Shown one piece after another: positions 57,604 through 64,000 of a stretch of DNA of 64,000 bases (position 1 is the stretch's first letter; the number at the start of each line of letters is the position of its first letter). The stretch is taken from assembly GCA_047284725.1 (NCBI GenBank), contig JBJBEO010000001.1:1816203-1880202 (forward strand). The letters are read 5' to 3'. The notes under the pieces were generated by a model, which worked only from the letters and a program-made list of their open reading frames with translations, searched no databases and was not told the DNA's origin. The translations under genes and the position numbers were made by a program. The stretch comes from Synechococcus sp. (GTDB taxonomy: Bacteria > Cyanobacteriota > Cyanobacteriia > PCC-6307 > Cyanobiaceae).

Positions 57604-57772
57604 AAAATCGATCTAATTAGAATTGAACGCGAACTGGTCAGGATGCCAGCGAAAAACCAATTTCGCCCATAACGACAAACAATTGAGAAATTGAGAGGCT
57701 TCAGAGCAAACAGGGAAATCCCTTTTCCTTCTTAGCTTGAGAACAAACAATTCACAAGGCTGCATGAAGTTT

Positions 57773-57952
57773 CTATGCAAAGTTTTGCTCTCCAAACGAC
57801 TCAATCTCCATCATGATTGAACTCATGGCAGGCGTAGCAACTTGAATGCTGCGGCCAAACCCTTGACGCAACCTTTGATCCAAGTCAAGCAAGCTGACAG
57901 CCTCTTGCGACTTTAGAGATCCATACACCTCAAACTGCTTGATCCCCGCCAT
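57773..57952 (-). pseudogene. possible degenerate MntA-type minimal nucleotidyltransferase
   Basis: GIKQFEVYGSL..EA and SLLDL..L..FGRSIQVATP resemble MNT segments, but the DxD catalytic segment is absent. Confidence 0.3.
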
Positions 57953-59346
57953 GCACGGATCAAGCCCGTGATTGACCGACAAAGCATGGAGCGGCAGCGC
58001 AGCCCGGCGACCTGACCCACGCCATCACCATCAGGGCCTGTTCCTTGATGGGCCTGAATCGGGCAGCAAGCAATAAAAAAGGCGCCCATGCAGGCGCCCC
58101 TTTCTCTCAAGACCAACATCGCGCACATCGATGCCCGGTCAATGGGTGGCCACTGAGAGCTATCTGTGAATTACCTGAGAGTCCTGGTGGACGGTTGCAG
58201 AGGCGGCCCCTGCTATCGCCGTCCCGCCCCCGCCATGCACGGATCAAGCCCGTGATTGACCGACAAAGCATGGAGCGGCAGCGCAGCCCGGCGACCTGAC
58301 CCACGCCATCACCATCAGGGCCTGTTCCTTGATGGGCCTGAATCGGGCAGCAAGCAATAAAAAAGGCGCCCATGCAGGCGCCCCTTTCTCTCAAGACCAA
58401 CATCGCGCACATCGATGCCCGGTCAATGGGTGGCCACTGAGAGCTATCTGTGAATTACCTGAGAGTCCTGGTGGACGGTTGCAGAGGCGGCCCCTGCTAT
58501 CGCCGTCCCGCCCCCGCCATGCACGGATCAAGCCCGTGATTGACCGACAAAGCATGGAGCGGCAGCGCAGCCCGGCGACCTGACCCACGCCATCACCATC
58601 AGGGCCTGTTCCTTGATGGGCCTGAATCGGGCAGCAAGCAATAAAAAAGGCGCCCATGCAGGCGCCCCTTTCTCTCAAGACCAACATCGCGCACATCGAT
58701 GCCCGGTCAATGGGTGGCCACTGAGAGCTATCTGTGAATTACCTGAGAGTCCTGGTGGACGGTTGCAGAGGCGGCCCCTGCTATCGCCGTCCCGCCCCCG
58801 CCATGCACGGATCAAGCCCGTGATTGACCGACAAAGCATGGAGCGGCAGCGCAGCCCGGCGACCTGACCCACGCCATCACCATCAGGGCCTGTTCCTTGA
58901 TGGGCCTGAATCGGGCAGCAAGCAATAAAAAAGGCGCCCATGCAGGCGCCCCTTTCTCTCAAGACCAACATCGCGCACATCGATGCCCGGTCAATGGGTG
59001 GCCACTGAGAGCTATCTGTGAATTACCTGAGAGTCCTGGTGGACGGTTGCAGAGGCGACCCCTGCTATCGCCGTCCCGCCCCCGCCATGCACGGATCAAG
59101 CCCGTGATTGACCGACAAAGCATGGAGCGGCAGCGCAGCCCGGCGACCTGACCCACGCCATCACCATCAGGGCCTGTTCCTTGATGGGCCTGAATCGGGC
59201 AGCAAGCAATAAAAAAGGCGCCCATGCAGGCGCCCCTTTCTCTCAAGACCAACATCGCGCACATCGATGCCCGGTCAATGGGTGGCCACTGAGAGCTATC
59301 TGTGAATTACCTGAGAGTCCTGGTGGACGGTTGCAGAGGCGGCCCC
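57944..59346. repeat. tandem array with a 284-bp period, about 4.94 copies (five 267-bp cores + four 17-bp linkers)
   Basis: Cores start at 57944, 58228, 58512, 58796, 59080; linker TGCTATCGCCGTCCCGC; only difference noticed is G>A at 59058. Confidence 0.97.
58075..58103 (-). terminator. terminator inside each repeat unit (recurs every 284 bp)
   Basis: Minus strand AAAGGGGCGCC-TGCATG-GGCGCC-TTTTTT. Confidence 0.75.
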
Positions 59347-59716
59347 GAAACAAGCCTTCGCGAAAAGCCTCGCAAGACGGTCATGTTTCCGGGTTATTGA
59401 CAGACACCCTGTCTTCGGCGGAATAGCGCCACGTTGACGCTTGCTGATCGAAGTCCGATCCCAGGCGATTCTGCCGGCCTGCGTCCGTCTCCGGTTCCGC
59501 TTCATGGGCACAAAGCCTTGGACTGGCCTCGCCTCGAGTCGACCAGACCAGCCAGAACACGGGTGAACACTTCGCGTCACTGACAACCGTTTGAGGCATC
59601 CACCAGCTGATTCAGGCAGTTGGTTGACGGAGGGCAGGGCTGAGGTCGATACTTTCTGAGTCGCGCAAGCGATGCAGGGCAATCGCAGGTGAAGTCGCAC
59701 CTGACGATGCATGCCT

Positions 59717-59790
59717 GGGACCGTAGTTCAATTGGTTAGAGCACCGCCCTGTCACGGCGGAAGTTGCGGGTTCGAGCCCCGTCGGTCCCG
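59717..59790 (+). tRNA. trnD: tRNA-Asp (GTC)
   Basis: Acceptor GGGACCG/CGGTCCC, anticodon arm CCGCC-CTGTCAC-GGCGG, GGTTCGAGCCC T-arm. Confidence 0.98.
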
Positions 59791-59810
59791 TTCCAAACCT
59801 CCACACCACC

Positions 59811-61244
59811 GTGTCGGTTCGCGTTCGTCTGGCTCCAAGCCCTACAGGAACCCTCCATATTGGAACGGCTCGAACAGCGGTTTTCAACTGGTTGTTTGCG
59901 CGCAACAGCGGCGGATCCTTCCTCCTTCGCATCGAAGATACCGACCGCGAACGATCCAAGGACGCCTTTACCGCCAACATCCTCGAAGGCTTGCAGTGGC
60001 TTGGCATCAACTGGGACGAAGAGCCCGTCATCCAAAGCAAGCGGATTGCCGATCACCGTGCGGCGATCCAGACGCTGCTTGATCGGGGCTTGGCCTACCG
60101 CTGCTACGCCAACGAACGTGAGCTTGAGGCCATGCGCAAGGCCCAGAAAGCCGCCAATCAGGCCCCCCGCTACGACAACCGCCACCGTGATCTAACCCCT
60201 GAGCAGGAAGCGGCTTTCCAACAGGAAGGCAGAGATGCAGTGATCCGTTTCCGCATCGATGACAACGCCGAAATCCGCTGGACCGACCTCGTCAGAGGCC
60301 CCATGAGCTGGCGGGGTGCGGATCTCGGTGGCGACATGGTGGTGGCCCGCAGGGCTCCAGCCGATCAGATCGGAGATCCCCTCTACAACCTTGTGGTGGT
60401 GGTGGATGACGCGGCGATGGCGATCACCCATGTGATTCGAGGCGAAGACCACATCGCCAACACCGCCAAGCAACTGCTGCTCTACGAAGCACTAGGCCTC
60501 TCCAAACCGACTTTCGCCCACACACCGCTGATCCTGAACTCCGAAGGGCGCAAATTGTCCAAGCGTGATGGAGTCACCTCCATCAGCGACTTCCGCTCGA
60601 TGGGCTACACCGCTGATGCGATCGCCAACTACATGACGTTGTTGGGCTGGTCTGTACCGGAAGGAATGGAGGAGCGCTTCACCCTGGCTCAAGCGGCTGA
60701 GGTCTTCAGTTTCGATCGTGTCAATAAAGCGGGTGCCCGCTTCGACTGGGACAAACTCAACTGGCTCAATGCCCAGGTTCTCCACGAGCAGACTCCCGAG
60801 CAGCTCTTGGCTGCACTCGAACCGCTCTGGTCTGAACAGGGCTGGACGCTCCCCAACGACCGCAACTGGTCGCTTGCGCTGTGTGAACTGCTTGGCCCCT
60901 CCCTGACCCTGATCAAAGACGGAATCGATCAAGCGGCTCCGTTCTTTGCAGAACCGCCCCTCGAAGACGATGCCGTCAAACAACTGGAGCAGGAAGGGGC
61001 CCGCAACGCCCTGAAGGCGCTGCTCTCAAACCTCGACGCCAGCCCTTGGGATGGCATCAACCGTGACGAGGGCCAAGAGCTGCTGGCCAACGCAGTCAAA
61101 ACCGCTGGTGTGAAGAAAGGGGTGTTGATGAAGTCCCTGAGGGCCGCCTTGCTCGGACGACTGCAAGGTCCTGACCTGATGACCACCTGGGGGCTACTGG
61201 CCAGACTCGGGGCTGACCGTCAACGCATTCACCGCAGCGTCTGA
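59811..61244 (+). CDS. gltX: glutamate--tRNA ligase
   Basis: [13 protein letters not shown] (HIGH-like), [21 protein letters not shown] (KMSKS-like). Confidence 0.98.
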   Translation: MSVRVRLAPSPTGTLHIGTARTAVFNWLFARNSGGSFLLRIEDTDRERSKDAFTANILEGLQWLGINWDEEPVIQSKRIADHRAAIQTLLDRGLAYRCYANERELEAMRKAQKAANQAPRYDNRHRDLTPEQEAAFQQEGRDAVIRFRIDDNAEIRWTDLVRGPMSWRGADLGGDMVVARRAPADQIGDPLYNLVVVVDDAAMAITHVIRGEDHIANTAKQLLLYEALGLSKPTFAHTPLILNSEGRKLSKRDGVTSISDFRSMGYTADAIANYMTLLGWSVPEGMEERFTLAQAAEVFSFDRVNKAGARFDWDKLNWLNAQVLHEQTPEQLLAALEPLWSEQGWTLPNDRNWSLALCELLGPSLTLIKDGIDQAAPFFAEPPLEDDAVKQLEQEGARNALKALLSNLDASPWDGINRDEGQELLANAVKTAGVKKGVLMKSLRAALLGRLQGPDLMTTWGLLARLGADRQRIHRSV

Positions 61245-62462
61245 GCCTCCCTCCTCCATGCCTGCTGGCTCCGGCTCCACCAAACCGAGCATCTGGGCCA
61301 AGGGTTGAGCCGTCAATCCCTGCAGGCCAACGGTCATCAGGATCGTGAGAAAGACCAGACCCTGAAGACGACCAGCACCCAACACCCCTGCCTGCTCCAG
61401 GCGAATGGCGAAAAGGGAGGCCACTGCCGCCGTGACGATGCCGCGGGGAGCGAGCCAGCCCATGAACAAGCGCTGCCGCCAGTCCAGGGGAAGACCAATC
61501 GTGGCGAGTCCCACAGCTGCCGGGCGCACCACCAGCATCAAGAGAAGCACACAGCTCACACCTCCCCAACCGAGCGGACTGAGCTCTGCCCAGGACACAT
61601 CAGCGGCAAGCAAAGGGAACAACATCGTGATCGCCAAACGCGCCAACTCACGGATCAGCTCATCCAGCTGAGCCGCCTCCGTGAAGGGCCTGCGGCCAAC
61701 AACGAAACCAGCGGCCACGGAGGCCGGCAGCCCAGATTCCGGCAACAACCATTCACAGGTGCCGAACATCAGAAACAGTGCCCCAAGCGTGATCTGGAGC
61801 CGGAGCCCGACTGCAGGGTCGGGGCGTAAACGGCGCAGCGCTTCCGATAACAGCCAGCCGACGCCGAGACCAATCACCACCCCACCACCGAGCCGAGCCA
61901 TCAAACCGATGGCCAGCTCTCGCCAGCCATGCAGATTGCCCAGCAGCAATTCCAGCAACAGCAGGGCCAACACAGCTCCCACAGGCTCCAACACCAACCC
62001 TTCAGCTTCCAGCACATCTCCGAGGGGAGAAGCGAGGCGTATCTGCTGAATCAACGGTGTGACCACCGTCGGGCCTGTCGCCAGCACGATGGCGCTGTAC
62101 ACCGCTGCCACCGACCAGCTGAGCCCCGCCAACCAGTGCGCGGCACACAAGCCGGCAACAAGAGACAGCAGCAAACGGATCACGGAAATCCGGAGCACGG
62201 TTGCTTTGATCGTGTCTCCGGGAAGACGCAGGTTGAGGCCCCCGTCAAACAAGACAAGGCTGACGAGTAAACCCACCACCGTCGCCAGCCCCTGGCCGAG
62301 ATCCAGAGGCTCCACCAGCCCAAGGCCAGAACGCCCGATCAGCAAGCCCGACAGCAGCAGCAGCACCACGCCCGGTAACCCCGACAACGCTGCCAGCAGG
62401 CGTGCGGAGGCCCCGGCAAACACCGTGACCCCCCACAACAGCCCCAGCCGTTCAGGCGTCAT
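61194..62462 (-). CDS. CPA1/NhaP-type cation:proton antiporter
   Basis: [41 protein letters not shown]. Confidence 0.92.
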   Translation of the reverse strand: MTPERLGLLWGVTVFAGASARLLAALSGLPGVVLLLLSGLLIGRSGLGLVEPLDLGQGLATVVGLLVSLVLFDGGLNLRLPGDTIKATVLRISVIRLLLSLVAGLCAAHWLAGLSWSVAAVYSAIVLATGPTVVTPLIQQIRLASPLGDVLEAEGLVLEPVGAVLALLLLELLLGNLHGWRELAIGLMARLGGGVVIGLGVGWLLSEALRRLRPDPAVGLRLQITLGALFLMFGTCEWLLPESGLPASVAAGFVVGRRPFTEAAQLDELIRELARLAITMLFPLLAADVSWAELSPLGWGGVSCVLLLMLVVRPAAVGLATIGLPLDWRQRLFMGWLAPRGIVTAAVASLFAIRLEQAGVLGAGRLQGLVFLTILMTVGLQGLTAQPLAQMLGLVEPEPAGMEEGGSDAAVNALTVSPESGQ

Positions 62463-62697
62463 CGATGGCCGAGAATTGCGGCTCCACCCGAAGCCCGATC
62501 ACCGCCTCGGGACGCAACACCAGATATTCACCATCCAACTCCCCCAGGGGCACATTGACGAACCCGGAGCCCGCCGCAGCACTGACCAAGCCCTGATACC
62601 ACTGCTGAAACTGCTCAAGCGTGGGGAAATGCACCATCTCGGTCTGCCCACCACTCAAATGCAGTGAAACAGCGTATCGGCGGGGAGTGCGAGTCAT
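62452..62697 (-). CDS. conserved cyanobacterial hypothetical protein
   Basis: FQQWYQG..FVNVPLGELDGEYLVLRP..IGLRVEP. Confidence 0.8.
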   Translation of the reverse strand: MTRTPRRYAVSLHLSGGQTEMVHFPTLEQFQQWYQGLVSAAAGSGFVNVPLGELDGEYLVLRPEAVIGLRVEPQFSAIDDA

Positions 62698-63320
62698 CGG
62701 CGAACAGTCAAAGCCTGAACATTGTCACCAGGATGACCAATCCCCAGCCTTGGTGCCGCAGTCCAGGCCTGCAGAGAAGCCGAACCCGCCAGGTACAGAG
62801 GATGCCTGGGATGCCCCGACCGGGTCGTCCCCAGACACAGGGGCCCAGACGCCCCATGCTGTTGTCGCAGGCTTTTCAGCTCCGAGAGACGCTCCAGCAT
62901 CCATTGATCACGGCGACCGAGCCCACCGCCTGCGCCCCACCCCAACCAGAGAGTCCAACCAGGACAACGGCACCAGCGCTGCAACCAGCTGTTCAGCACC
63001 GCATCGTTGGCATCCCCCACCGGCCTGCGATGGCGACGCAACACAGCGGGGGATGGGGTGATCAACGCAAACAGATTGATCACCACCAGGCGTCGGTAGC
63101 CCCAGGTTTGGGCAAAGCCACTCAGCCGCCGCATCGTCGGGTCGTCGGTGTTGGCATCAGCGCGCGAAGGATTCAGTCCGCAGAAAATCAGGGTGTCGCA
63201 GGCACCATCCATCCGTTGACGGGCGCAGGGATCATTCCAGTAACGCTCCAGAAACCAGCGATAGCGACCGCAGCGGCTGAAGGCCGCCCGTCCGTTCACC
63301 CCAGAGGTCGCCACAGGCAC
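62694..63320 (-). CDS. DUF1643 family protein
   Basis: AFSRCGRYRW.L.R.W, GLNPSRAD..DDPT.RRL, NLFA, GWG, G.PRHPLY. Confidence 0.9.
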   Translation of the reverse strand: MPVATSGVNGRAAFSRCGRYRWFLERYWNDPCARQRMDGACDTLIFCGLNPSRADANTDDPTMRRLSGFAQTWGYRRLVVINLFALITPSPAVLRRHRRPVGDANDAVLNSWLQRWCRCPGWTLWLGWGAGGGLGRRDQWMLERLSELKSLRQQHGASGPLCLGTTRSGHPRHPLYLAGSASLQAWTAAPRLGIGHPGDNVQALTVRR

Positions 63321-63322
63321 AA

Positions 63323-64000
63323 TCAGAGCTTGAGAAGGGTGCGAGCCGCTTCAAGAATCCGTGCACTGGCCTGACCATCGCCAAAAGGATTCACAGCCCG
63401 GGCCATGGCGTCATAGGCATTGGGATCGTTGAGGAGGCGACTGGCCTCAGCCGCGATCGCGTTGGCATCCGTTCCCACCAGGCGAGCCGTGCCGGCGTCC
63501 ACGGCCTCGGGGCGTTCGGTGGTGCGACGCAACACCAGAACCGGTTTTCCGAGGGCAGGTGCCTCTTCCTGCAATCCGCCTGAATCGGTGAGCAACAGGG
63601 TGCAGCCCTTCATCGCCGCCACCAGACGGTCGTAATCAAGAGGCTCGGTCAACACCACGCGTGGATGTCCACCCAACAGCTCTTGCAACGGTTCCCGCAC
63701 GGTTGGATTGCGGTGAAGAGGCAACAGCAAAGCCGTGTCGGGATGGTCGTTCAGCACCTTGAGCATGCCCTCGGCAATGGATCGCAGTCGGTCACCCCAG
63801 TTTTCCCGCCGATGCACGGTGGCCAGAATCACGCGTTGGCGCTCCCAGTCGATCGCCACGTCATCGAGATGAGGAGCACGTTCTGCCATGCGGAGCAAGG
63901 CATCAATCACGGTGTTGCCAGTCACCATCACGCGTCCCAGCACCCCTGAGGCCTGAAGGTTGCGCTCCGAGCGTTCCGTGGGGGCGAAATGGAGCTGGGC
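63323..64000 (-). CDS. wecB: UDP-N-acetylglucosamine 2-epimerase (non-hydrolysing), 5' end outside the window
   Basis: HFAPT, VTGNTVIDAL, TVHRRENWG, TDSGGLQEEAP, TERPEA, NPFGDG. Confidence 0.96.
   Translation of the reverse strand, partial: AQLHFAPTERSERNLQASGVLGRVMVTGNTVIDALLRMAERAPHLDDVAIDWERQRVILATVHRRENWGDRLRSIAEGMLKVLNDHPDTALLLPLHRNPTVREPLQELLGGHPRVVLTEPLDYDRLVAAMKGCTLLLTDSGGLQEEAPALGKPVLVLRRTTERPEAVDAGTARLVGTDANAIAAEASRLLNDPNAYDAMARAVNPFGDGQASARILEAARTLLKL

Noticed and set aside
58170..58185. Glycine riboswitch (ACUCUCAGGU on the - strand)
   Set aside because: The upstream GGAGA and CCGAAG aptamer elements are missing and no glycine-related gene follows
57944..58210. MITE with terminal inverted repeats (CCGCCATGCA..TGCAGAGGCGG)
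   Set aside because: The match is short, gapped and GC-rich; there is no convincing target-site duplication or transposase. Not fully excluded
57944..59346. CRISPR array or type III toxin-antitoxin (ToxI) repeats
   Set aside because: The units are 284 bp and essentially identical, with no variable spacers, and no cas or toxN-like gene is nearby
58045..59426. Repeated 84-aa (+) and 101-aa (-) ORFs in the array
   Set aside because: They shift frame with each unit, run through a terminator hairpin and have no protein-like composition; probably spurious
54854..59790. tRNA-integrated prophage, ICE or tycheposon
   Set aside because: No integrase and no duplicated tRNA 3' end was found in the interval

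Overview
This window is chromosomal DNA from a marine picocyanobacterium, most likely a marine Synechococcus. The backbone is GC-rich and carries the Prochlorococcus/Synechococcus hyper-conserved protein in the rplS-tRNA-Trp-HCP-tRNA-Asp-gltX locus. From about 26 kb onward it is mostly core genes: M32 carboxypeptidase, HDAC family, COG0523, futAB, larC, xth, glcD, hemL, yajQ, SPFH/NfeD, ebsA, map, rplS, gltX, an NhaP-type antiporter and wecB. The first ~30 kb is a variable region rich in small ORFs. It includes a processive GT2, an AT-rich RTX-like gene, GH57, a P450 and an orphan CsgG-family gene. It also includes an AT-rich c-di-GMP islet (~16.8-24.6 kb) with two membrane-bound GGDEF cyclases and a PAS-GGDEF-EAL protein; one cyclase has a NarX/McpN-type nitrate-box sensor and an upstream GTA-N8-TAC site. 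The most unusual part is a ~4.4 kb insert between HCP and tRNA-Asp. It holds an usher-less three-gene module (pilin-like, chaperone-like and small secreted protein), two small Cys-pair proteins and a possible nucleotidyltransferase remnant. It also holds an array of about five near-identical 284-bp non-coding, hairpin-rich units, each with its own terminator. All calls come from reading motifs by eye; no searches or folding programs were run.
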